This document shows, piece after piece, positions 56,828 through 64,000 of a DNA stretch of 64,000 bases. The DNA is from an uncultured Verrucomicrobiota bacterium (GTDB taxonomy: Bacteria > Verrucomicrobiota > Verrucomicrobiia > Limisphaerales > UBA8199). A program made the translations under genes and the position numbers. The notes beneath the pieces were generated by a model that saw only the letters and a program-made list of their open reading frames with translations, searched no databases and had not been told where the DNA came from. Location of the stretch: positions 6,557-70,556 of the forward strand of contig CAZZFF010000008.1 of assembly GCA_964653485.1 (NCBI GenBank), written 5' to 3'. Position 1 is the stretch's first letter. Each line of letters starts with the position of its first letter.

Positions 56828-57504
56828 ATCCCGCCCCGGGCTCTCCTCACATCACGCGCATCGTCCTGGTCGAGGACCACCCGGTGGTCCGGGACGGTCT
56901 TTCCGAAGCCATCAACCGCGAACCGGACCTGGAGGTGTGCGGCGTCGCTGAAGCCCGCGACGAAGCCCTGCGCGTCGTCGAGACGACCGAGCCCGGGCTT
57001 GTCATTGTCGATCTTCTCTTGAAGCGTTCGAGCGGTCTCGAGTTGATCAAGGACCTCCATGCGCGTTGGCCGCGGCTGCTGATCCTGGTCGTCTCGATGC
57101 AGGACGAGAACCTGTATGCCGAGCGGGTCCTGCGCGCGGGGGCGCGGGGATATATCACCAAGCAGGAAGCGACGCGCACGATTCTGGCCGCCATTCGCAA
57201 GGTCCTGGATGGGGGCGTCTATTTGAGCGACACAATGGCCTCTTCGGTGTTGGCCCGGTTGATCGCCAGGCCTCAAGCGGCGTGCGAGTCGCTCACCGAC
57301 GGCTTGAGCGACCGCGAGATGCAGGTCTTCGAGTTGACCGGCTTCGGCCTCAGCACGCGGGAGATCGCCCAACGCCTGCACCTGGACCTCAAGACGGTCG
57401 AAAGCTATCGTGCCCGCCTCAAAGATAAACTCAAGCTCTCAAGCGGGAGTGAACTGCTGCAGTTGGCAATTCGCTGGAACCAGGATCGCCGCGAGAACCG
57501 TTAA
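56824..57504 (+). CDS. Response regulator, NarL/FixJ family (REC + LuxR HTH)
   Basis: ATG at 56824 overlaps the kinase stop (ATGA). IVLVEDHPVVRDGL, phospho-acceptor context LVIVDLLL, and a C-terminal LSDREMQVFELTGFGLSTREIAQRLHLDLKTVESYR HTH. Confidence 0.92.
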   Translation: MNPAPGSPHITRIVLVEDHPVVRDGLSEAINREPDLEVCGVAEARDEALRVVETTEPGLVIVDLLLKRSSGLELIKDLHARWPRLLILVVSMQDENLYAERVLRAGARGYITKQEATRTILAAIRKVLDGGVYLSDTMASSVLARLIARPQAACESLTDGLSDREMQVFELTGFGLSTREIAQRLHLDLKTVESYRARLKDKLKLSSGSELLQLAIRWNQDRRENR

Positions 57505-57622
57505 ACCCGGAGCGCGTAGTCTTTTACACTACAAGCGGGCTGGGGTTTCCCCCGGCAGACAAATTCGGCCCAAGGGCTATGATGAACGCGTTGGCAGGTT
57601 TGCCATTGAGCGATAAGACAAA

Positions 57623-60600
57623 ATGAGGCGTCATCTCCTTCCGAGGACAACTATGAAAACGACCTTTTTCCCCGGGCGCCGCTCGGTTCTGCTCCTGCTG
57701 GCCGCTGCCGCGGCGTTGTCGGCCTGGGCGGGACAGCCGCAACTGGTTTCCACCGTGGAGCCGGCCTTGGGGCCGGCCAGCGGCGGTGGAGGGGACTCGG
57801 CAACTCCGATCATCAGCCCCGACGGGCGCTTCGTGCTCTTTGCCAGCACGGCGAGCAACCTGGCGCTGGTCGGGACCAACCCGCTGCCCGCGCTCATTCC
57901 TCCCCCGCTGAACGTGTTCCTGCGGGACCGCCTCAACGGGACAACGACGCTGGTGAGCATCAATGCCGCGGGCACCGGGGGCGGCAACGGCGATTCGTTG
58001 CCGGCCGGGGTCTCGACCAACGGCCAGTTCGCGCTGTTCGAGAGCAGCGCCAGCGACCTTGTGGCGGGCGACACCAATAACGCCGCGGACATCTTCGTCC
58101 GCGATCTCGTCAACGGCGTCACCCTGCTCGTGAGCATCGGCACCAACGCGGTTAGCGCCAACGGGGTTTCACGCAGCCCGGTGATGACTCCGGACGGGCG
58201 GTATGTCGCCTTCGTGAGCGCCGCCAGCAACCTGGCGCCGGGTGATACCAACGGGATTGCGGACGTCTTCGTGCGCGACGTTCAGGCCGGGGTGACGCGG
58301 TTGGTGAGCGTGGGCGCCACCCTCAATCCGGCGTTCGGGTCGGCCACCAGCTCGGAGGCGCCGGAGATGACCCCGGACGGCCGTTACGCGGTCTTTTCCA
58401 GCACCGCGACCGGGCTGACGGCGGCGGCGGTGTCGAATGGCATCTATGTGTGCGACCTGGTGGGCGGCGGCACGGTGCTGGCCAGCCTCGCTCCGGCGAC
58501 GGTGCAGGCAACCTTCGGCAAGACGAACCCGGTCTTCTTCAACCACACCATCAGCGATGACGGCCAGTACGTCGTTTACGCCGCGAGCGCGTCTCCCGCC
58601 GTGAATTCGCTTGAGAACCCAGCCACCAGCGGCGTCGTCTTCCGTTACAATGTTCCGACCGGCAACACCGACGTGGTCCACACGAATGCATTCGCGCCCA
58701 CGTCCACCTACGAGGAATCGCGCAATCTGGACCTGACGCCCGATGGGCGGTTCCTCGCCTTCGTGGCGGTCGCGAACGACGCTTCCGGCAGTGACACTTG
58801 CATCCTGGTATGGGACGGGAAAACGGGGACGGCCACCTTGGCCAGCGGCGACCTGGACAACGCGGTGCCTGCCGGTTCCACTTGCAACTCGCCCGCGCTC
58901 GATTCCAGCGGCCGGTTCGTGCTCTTCCTGAGCAGCGGCGCCGGCCTGGTCACCAACGCGGTGCCCGCCGGTTTCCATGCCTATTTGCGCGACCTCCAGG
59001 CGGGGGTGACCACCCTCGTGGACGTTGGCCCGAATGGGGCCGGCTCGCCCCTTCAGCCGTTTGCGGTTCCGTCGTTCAGCGCCGACGGCCTCTATGCGGC
59101 CTTTGAAAGCCCGGACGGCCCGTTGGTTCCGGGCGACGACAACCGGGATTGCGACGTGTTCGTGCGCGAATTGTCAGCCGGGGCAACAGAGATGACCTCC
59201 GTCCGGGCGCCGTCGTTGCCCTCGCTGGCGGCCAACGGACCCAGCCTGCTTGCGGCATCGCCAGTCAGCACGGATGGCCGATGGATTGCGTTCGCCAGCG
59301 AAGCCGACAACCTGGTCGAGGGCGATACGAACGGCATGCGGGACGTGTTTGTGCGGGACCTGGCGGCAGGAACGACTCTGCTGGTGAGCCTGAGCACCAA
59401 CGGCGGGGCAGCCGATGGCGTGTCCGCCGAGCCGGCCATGAGCGCGGATGGCCGGTTTGTGGCCTTCACGAGCAGCGCGGATAACCTCGTGGCGGATGAC
59501 ACCAACCGCGCCGTGGACGTGTTCATCCGCGACCTCCAGGCGGGTTCCAACATGTTGGTCAGCGTCAACACCGCGGGAAACGGAAGCGGCAACGGGGCTT
59601 CGTATTCGCCCACCCTCAGTGCCGACGACCGATTCGTCCTGTTCCGCAGCAGGGCTACAAACCTGGCTCCCGGGACATTCGCCTCGGTGGACCCGTTCTT
59701 CCCGAACGAGAACCTCTTCTTGCGCGACCTGCAAACCGGGACGACTCGAGCCCTGACCACGACGGGCTTGGGCTGGAGTTCAACGAGTTTTGACGGGCGC
59801 TTCATCGCGGTGGTGGCGGCTCCTTTCTCGGGGAACGACACATTGTTCGTGTGGGATGCGCAGGCGGCCGCCAGTGTATATACGAACGGCGCCACGCAGG
59901 TGTCGGCGGCCGGAGTCGGACCCGGGGCCAACCGGCTCGCCTACTTCGACGGCGTCGGGCCTGCCGCCCAACTCTTCGTCGCGGACCGCCTCGCCAACAC
60001 GAACGGCGCGATTGCCTCAGGCCTCCCCGCCGCCAGGCCGGGGCTTCGCTTTAGCGCGGACGGACGGTTCCTGGCCTACGCTGCCGGGCCTCCCGCCAGC
60101 GCCGCGTCTCCCGCGACCAACCAGGTCTATCTTTACGACTTCCAGACCGGGACGAACCTGCTGGTGAGCCGGAGCCTTGTTTCGGGGGGCCGGGCCCAGG
60201 GGGACTCCGAGGCCCCGGATATCAGTCCGGATGGCCGTTTCGTGGCCTATCGGAGCGCGGCCACGGATTTGGTCCTCGGCGCCACGAACGCCCGCCCCAA
60301 GGTAGTTTTGTACGACCGCCTGGGCGGGTTTAACATGCTCTTGAGCCAGAGCAGCCTCGGCAATGGGGACGCCAACAACCAGTCCGGGGCTCCCGTTTTC
60401 AGCGGCAACGGCCAGGTGGTTGCCTTCGATAGCTGGGCTTCCGACCTGGCGCCCCAGGATTTCAACCAGTCCAGCGCGGTGTTTACGTTCGACCTTTACT
60501 CGCCGGGGGCTTTTCCCCTGTTTGCCGTTCAGATCGCAAACGGTGCGGCACCGGTCCAGCCACTCACGCTGACCTGGCCGGCGCAGCCCGGAAAGTCTTA

Positions 60601-60742
60601 CCGCGCGCAATTCAAGACAAACCTCACGGATGGCGCCTGGCAAGACATCGCTGGCGGCGTCAACCTCAACGGCGGCCAGGGCAGCTTTAGCGACCCCGCC
60701 CCTGCGGCCGAGCATAGGTTCTATCGCATCCTGTCCTATTGA
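57623..60742 (+). CDS. Giant secreted PD40/TolB-like beta-propeller repeat protein with C-terminal FYR module
   Basis: Signal peptide. About 15 or more units of the form S.DGRFV.F.S.A.NLV.GDTN...DVFVRDL..G.T.LVS. C-terminus SYRAQFKTNLTDGAWQDI..HRFYRILSY. Alternative ATG at 57653. Confidence 0.88.
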   Translation: MRRHLLPRTTMKTTFFPGRRSVLLLLAAAAALSAWAGQPQLVSTVEPALGPASGGGGDSATPIISPDGRFVLFASTASNLALVGTNPLPALIPPPLNVFLRDRLNGTTTLVSINAAGTGGGNGDSLPAGVSTNGQFALFESSASDLVAGDTNNAADIFVRDLVNGVTLLVSIGTNAVSANGVSRSPVMTPDGRYVAFVSAASNLAPGDTNGIADVFVRDVQAGVTRLVSVGATLNPAFGSATSSEAPEMTPDGRYAVFSSTATGLTAAAVSNGIYVCDLVGGGTVLASLAPATVQATFGKTNPVFFNHTISDDGQYVVYAASASPAVNSLENPATSGVVFRYNVPTGNTDVVHTNAFAPTSTYEESRNLDLTPDGRFLAFVAVANDASGSDTCILVWDGKTGTATLASGDLDNAVPAGSTCNSPALDSSGRFVLFLSSGAGLVTNAVPAGFHAYLRDLQAGVTTLVDVGPNGAGSPLQPFAVPSFSADGLYAAFESPDGPLVPGDDNRDCDVFVRELSAGATEMTSVRAPSLPSLAANGPSLLAASPVSTDGRWIAFASEADNLVEGDTNGMRDVFVRDLAAGTTLLVSLSTNGGAADGVSAEPAMSADGRFVAFTSSADNLVADDTNRAVDVFIRDLQAGSNMLVSVNTAGNGSGNGASYSPTLSADDRFVLFRSRATNLAPGTFASVDPFFPNENLFLRDLQTGTTRALTTTGLGWSSTSFDGRFIAVVAAPFSGNDTLFVWDAQAAASVYTNGATQVSAAGVGPGANRLAYFDGVGPAAQLFVADRLANTNGAIASGLPAARPGLRFSADGRFLAYAAGPPASAASPATNQVYLYDFQTGTNLLVSRSLVSGGRAQGDSEAPDISPDGRFVAYRSAATDLVLGATNARPKVVLYDRLGGFNMLLSQSSLGNGDANNQSGAPVFSGNGQVVAFDSWASDLAPQDFNQSSAVFTFDLYSPGAFPLFAVQIANGAAPVQPLTLTWPAQPGKSYRAQFKTNLTDGAWQDIAGGVNLNGGQGSFSDPAPAAEHRFYRILSY

Positions 60743-60763
60743 ACCCTCACATCTGTCACGGTT

Positions 60764-61750
60764 ATGAAATCAAGCGTTTCTTTCAGTGCCTCGGCGAGCA
60801 GAAGCGGCTTCGGGCGCCGCGAGGTTCGGGCCTTCACTGTTCTTGAGTTGTTGGCGGTCATCGCGGTTGTGTGTGCGGGCGCCCTGACTTTGGCGCCGGC
60901 CTTGGCGCGGACCAAACCCAACGTCCGCGCCTTCCAGTGTTTGGAGAACCTGCGTCGCCTTCAAGGCGCCTTGGCTATGTACAGCCATGACAACCACGAC
61001 CTCTTGCCCCCCAACCCGGATGACGGCAACACCCTGCCGGGCTACGAATGGGTCGCGGGTGACGTCTCGGGAGGCATGCCGCCGGGCAGTCCCGCTTTTG
61101 GCTCGGATATGACCAACCCCAACAATCTGACCGACCCCACGTTGGACCTGATAGGGAGCTATCTTGGCCGGAACCCCGCGCCCTTCAAATGCCCGGCTGA
61201 CCCGCGCTACGGCCTTTATCACGGCCCAAACCCCAGCCTGCGTGGCACCATCATCCCGGCGGTTCGCAGTGTTTCGATGAACCAGGGCGTCGGCACGATC
61301 GACGCGGAGTTCAGCGCCAGCGGCGCGGGTCACAGCGGCAAGCCGACACTTCCCACCAACGGCCCCTGGCTGACTGGCGACCACAGCGCCAACAGGGCGG
61401 GCACGGGGCCTTACGCCACGTTTGGCAGAATGACCGATTTCGGCTTCGCCAGCCCTGGGGCTATTTTCGTCCTGGTGGATGAAAACCCCTGGAGCATCAA
61501 CGACGCTTCCCTGGCGGTGATTGCCGGAGAATCGGAATTGATCGACTATCCCGCCTCCTATCACAACAATGGCGCCAGCTTCTCGTTTGCGGATGGACAT
61601 GTGGAGAGCCATCAATGGCTCTCGACGGTGATGGCGCTGGGCGGCGATGCTACTCTAACCTCTGCGCCGCCGGGCACCCTCGCCTATGAAGATTGGTACT
61701 GGCTGGCCTCACACGCGACAAAGAACCTGCGCACGGGCAACGTGCCATGA
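60764..61750 (+). CDS. Prepilin-type N-terminal cleavage/methylation protein with H-X9-DG domain
   Basis: RAFTVLELLAVIAVV pilin-like N-terminus. C-terminal SYHNNGASFSFADGHVE is an exact H-x9-DG. The family is characteristic of Planctomycetota and Verrucomicrobiota. Confidence 0.88.
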   Translation: MKSSVSFSASASRSGFGRREVRAFTVLELLAVIAVVCAGALTLAPALARTKPNVRAFQCLENLRRLQGALAMYSHDNHDLLPPNPDDGNTLPGYEWVAGDVSGGMPPGSPAFGSDMTNPNNLTDPTLDLIGSYLGRNPAPFKCPADPRYGLYHGPNPSLRGTIIPAVRSVSMNQGVGTIDAEFSASGAGHSGKPTLPTNGPWLTGDHSANRAGTGPYATFGRMTDFGFASPGAIFVLVDENPWSINDASLAVIAGESELIDYPASYHNNGASFSFADGHVESHQWLSTVMALGGDATLTSAPPGTLAYEDWYWLASHATKNLRTGNVP

Positions 61751-61768
61751 AAGACTGATGGAGTTGTT

Positions 61769-61876
61769 CTAGCATCGCGCCGCCCTGCGGAGTTGGTTTT
61801 CCGACAACCGGAGCCAAATGGGGTTGGCGGTTGCAATGTCCAGCAACACGTTGGTGTCGAAAAGAAATCCGCTCAT
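61769..61876 (-). pseudogene. Truncated PIN-domain toxin (vapC remnant, 35 codons)
   Basis: The ATG at 61876 overlaps the antitoxin stop (ATGA) and reads MSGFLFDTNVLLDIATANPIWLRLSENQLRRAARC-stop. FLFDTNVL is the classic VapC N-terminal acidic motif. The reading frame ends 19 nt before the convergent H-X9-DG gene stop, so there is no room for a full PIN domain. Confidence 0.7.
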
Positions 61877-62076
61877 TCCTCTTCCCGCGTAAGGGCGATC
61901 ACCTTCGCCGTGGTCTCGCCGGGAAGAGCGGCGCCGCGGGCGCGTTGCAACCAGCTTTCAACGGGCGGGGGCGTGGCCCGCTGCACGCGAAGCGTTTCGA
62001 GCCAGCCAGCCAACTCGCCCATCTGCGGAGGGGTCAGCTTTTCGATGGCATCTTCAATCTCACCGATGGTGCTCAT
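61873..62076 (-). CDS. Type II antitoxin-like small protein (addiction-module component type)
   Basis: 67 aa. N-terminal helical segment IEDAIEKLTPPQMGELAGWLETL and a C-terminal ..TTAKVIALTREEE tail, typical of small VapB-like partners of PIN toxins. It is followed by a 4-nt-overlapping vapC N-terminus. Confidence 0.65.
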   Translation of the reverse strand: MSTIGEIEDAIEKLTPPQMGELAGWLETLRVQRATPPPVESWLQRARGAALPGETTAKVIALTREEE

Positions 62077-62235
62077 GCCAGGAATCTAGTGTGGTGTCCC
62101 CGAAATAGCTACACATTTGTTGCGCCGCATTTGGGTTCTGGCCAGGCGCGGCGAGGGAGCATGTCCAACATGGACCTGTGACCGAGCCGACATTTTCCTT
62201 TTGCGACGGTTGACGATTTAGGGTTTCATCGCGCG

Positions 62236-63156
62236 ATGAACAAGATTCTTGTTTCCTGCCTTGTTTGGCTCTTAACGGCGATTGGGGCCGGGTCGCTTGG
62301 GTTCGGCGCCACTGTTTCGGAGCCGATTCCACTTTGGCCCAAGGGCGCGCCGGACGAGAAAGGGGATGTCGGGGAGGAGCATGACACGACCAAGGCGGAT
62401 GGCGGCCTGGTGGCCGGCCAACGGGTTATTCGTCTTGGCAACGTCAGCAAGCCGACCATCACGCTCTATCGCCCGGCAAAAGAGAAGGACACCGGCACGG
62501 CGGTGGTGGTGTGCCCCGGGGGCGGTTACAGCATCCTCGCGATGGACCTGGAAGGCACGGAAATCTGCGAGTGGTTCAATTCCATCGGCGTGACAGGGGT
62601 TTTGTTGAAATACCGGGTGCCGGCGCGCCCGGGCGACGACCAGCATATCCTGCCGTTGCAGGATGCGCAGCGCGCGCTGGGTCTTGTCCGCTTTCACGCC
62701 AAGGAATGGGACCTGAATCCCAAGCGCATCGGCGTCCTCGGATTCTCCGCCGGCGGGCATCTCACGGCGTATCTGAGCACCCATTTCGACAAGCGGGCAT
62801 ACCAGCCCGTGGACGACGCCGACGAGGTCAGTTGCCGTCCGGATTTCTCGATGCCGATCTATCCCGCGTATCTCGTTCTCAAGGAGCACGAGAACAAGCT
62901 TTCGCCTGGGATGAACGTGACCGCCAACACCCCGCCGACGTTCCTGATACAGGCCGAGGACGACGGGGTCCGAGTCGAGAACAGCCTGTTCTATTTCCTG
63001 GCGCTCAAAGAGGCCAAGGTGCCCGCGGAAATGCATCTTTACGCCAGCGGGGGCCATGGCTACGGGCTGCGCCCCTCGGCCAACACGATCACCACCTGGC
63101 CCAAGCGCGCCGAGGAATGGATGCGGGGCCTCGGCCTGCTCACCGGAAGGAACTGA
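62236..63156 (+). CDS. Secreted alpha/beta-hydrolase (esterase / carbohydrate-esterase-like)
   Basis: Signal peptide. VVCPGGGYSILA oxyanion region, nucleophile elbow GFSAGGH, and a C-terminal GGHGYG region. Confidence 0.85.
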   Translation: MNKILVSCLVWLLTAIGAGSLGFGATVSEPIPLWPKGAPDEKGDVGEEHDTTKADGGLVAGQRVIRLGNVSKPTITLYRPAKEKDTGTAVVVCPGGGYSILAMDLEGTEICEWFNSIGVTGVLLKYRVPARPGDDQHILPLQDAQRALGLVRFHAKEWDLNPKRIGVLGFSAGGHLTAYLSTHFDKRAYQPVDDADEVSCRPDFSMPIYPAYLVLKEHENKLSPGMNVTANTPPTFLIQAEDDGVRVENSLFYFLALKEAKVPAEMHLYASGGHGYGLRPSANTITTWPKRAEEWMRGLGLLTGRN

Positions 63157-64000
63157 TGAAGCACAGGAATGGCCTGGCATTGGCCCTCATACTGGCCGCG
63201 ATTGCCTTGGCGACGGCGCATACTAACGCGCAATCGACTTACACACCCTATACCTTCATGACGCTTGCCGGGAGCACCGGCTACGGCAGCGCGGACGGGA
63301 CCGGGAGCGCCGCCCGGTTCGCGCATCCCGCCGGCCTTGCGGCGGACGGGGAGGGCAACGTGTATGTGGCGGACACGATGAACAACACGGTCCGCAAGGT
63401 GACGCCGGCGGGCGTGGTGACGACTCTGGCGGGCCTGGCGGGCAGTTTTGGCAGCGCGGACGGGATCGGGAGCGCCGCTCGGTTTGACGATCCTGAGGAC
63501 GTGGCCGTGGACAGGGCGGGCAACCTCTACGTGGCGGACTGCGGCAACAATACGATCCGCAAACTGACGCCCGTTGGTTCAGAGTGGGTCGTCACGACCC
63601 TGGCCGGATTGGCGGGGGTTTCCGGCGGTGCGGATGGGACGAACAGCGCCGCGCAGTTCAACAGTCCTTACGGCGTGGCGGTGGACAGCGCAGGCAATGT
63701 CTATGTGGCGGACTTTGGCAACAACACGATACGGAAACTGACGCCGCTCGGAACGGATTGGGTGGTCACGACCCTGGCCGGAGAGGCGGGGAGCTCGGAC
63801 GGCGGGGGAGGGACGAATGGGGCCGCGCAGTTTAATGAACCTGCCAGCGTGGCGGTGGACATGGCGGGGAACGTCTATGTGGCGGACTTCGGCAACGACA
63901 CAATCCGCAAAGTCACGCCGTCAGGCGTTGTGACGACCCTGGCCGGGATGGAGGGCGTTTCGGGCAGCGCGGACGGGATTGGGAGCGCGGCGAGGTTCAA
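63156..64000 (+). CDS. Secreted NHL-repeat protein (partial, runs off the window)
   Basis: Not in the ORF track because there is no stop in the window. The ATG at 63156 overlaps the esterase stop by 1 nt (TGATG). Signal peptide MKHRNGLALALILAAIALATAHTNA, then at least 5 units of TLAG..G..GSADG.GSAARF..P.GVAVD.AGNVYVAD.GNNTIRKVTP.G. Confidence 0.85.
   Translation, partial: MKHRNGLALALILAAIALATAHTNAQSTYTPYTFMTLAGSTGYGSADGTGSAARFAHPAGLAADGEGNVYVADTMNNTVRKVTPAGVVTTLAGLAGSFGSADGIGSAARFDDPEDVAVDRAGNLYVADCGNNTIRKLTPVGSEWVVTTLAGLAGVSGGADGTNSAAQFNSPYGVAVDSAGNVYVADFGNNTIRKLTPLGTDWVVTTLAGEAGSSDGGGGTNGAAQFNEPASVAVDMAGNVYVADFGNDTIRKVTPSGVVTTLAGMEGVSGSADGIGSAARF

Overview
The window is visibly GC-rich bacterial chromosome (exact GC not computed). 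Its gene content suggests the PVC superphylum, most likely Verrucomicrobiota: H-X9-DG prepilin-like protein, an ECF sigma factor paired with a WD40 Ser/Thr kinase, many Tat signals, and giant beta-helix, PD40 and NHL secreted proteins. It is origin-proximal: dnaA (34350-35723) sits behind an AT-richer intergenic region with three GTGAATAA (TTATNCAC-type) DnaA boxes, and two perfect parS palindromes are embedded in mnmG about 3 kb away. Housekeeping genes include guaB, galE, yebC, tRNA-Leu(TAG), xylA, rplM-rpsI, argC, glnB, dnaA, pdxA, a surA-like PPIase, mnmG, pgi and ackA. Envelope and carbohydrate genes include GT2, GT9, GT4, GH95, glycosylasparaginase, a BNR double propeller, a lactonase and an esterase, plus an ABC-2 exporter, an ExbB-ExbD-TonB-like set and an MMPL/RND exporter. 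The right third (about 47.7-64 kb) is a cluster of very large repeat-rich secreted proteins around a PAS-GAF histidine kinase and NarL-type regulator pair. The best candidate for something undescribed is a tightly coupled minus-strand operon (11512 to 7668): a Tat-exported nitroreductase-like protein, a 662-aa protein with no domain I can name, and a COG0523-like G3E GTPase with a GCxCC motif. Other observations: a C-terminal module ending in FYR shared by three giant secreted proteins, a REP-like hairpin family with compensatory stem changes, a promoter-to-terminator candidate sRNA upstream of glnB, a decayed vapC next to an intact antitoxin, a duplicated ackA 3-prime end around a heptamer array, and dispersed AT-rich short motifs. 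Long antisense ORFs in the six-frame track are treated as GC-driven shadow ORFs. All calls come from reading the sequence and translations by eye; no database search was run.
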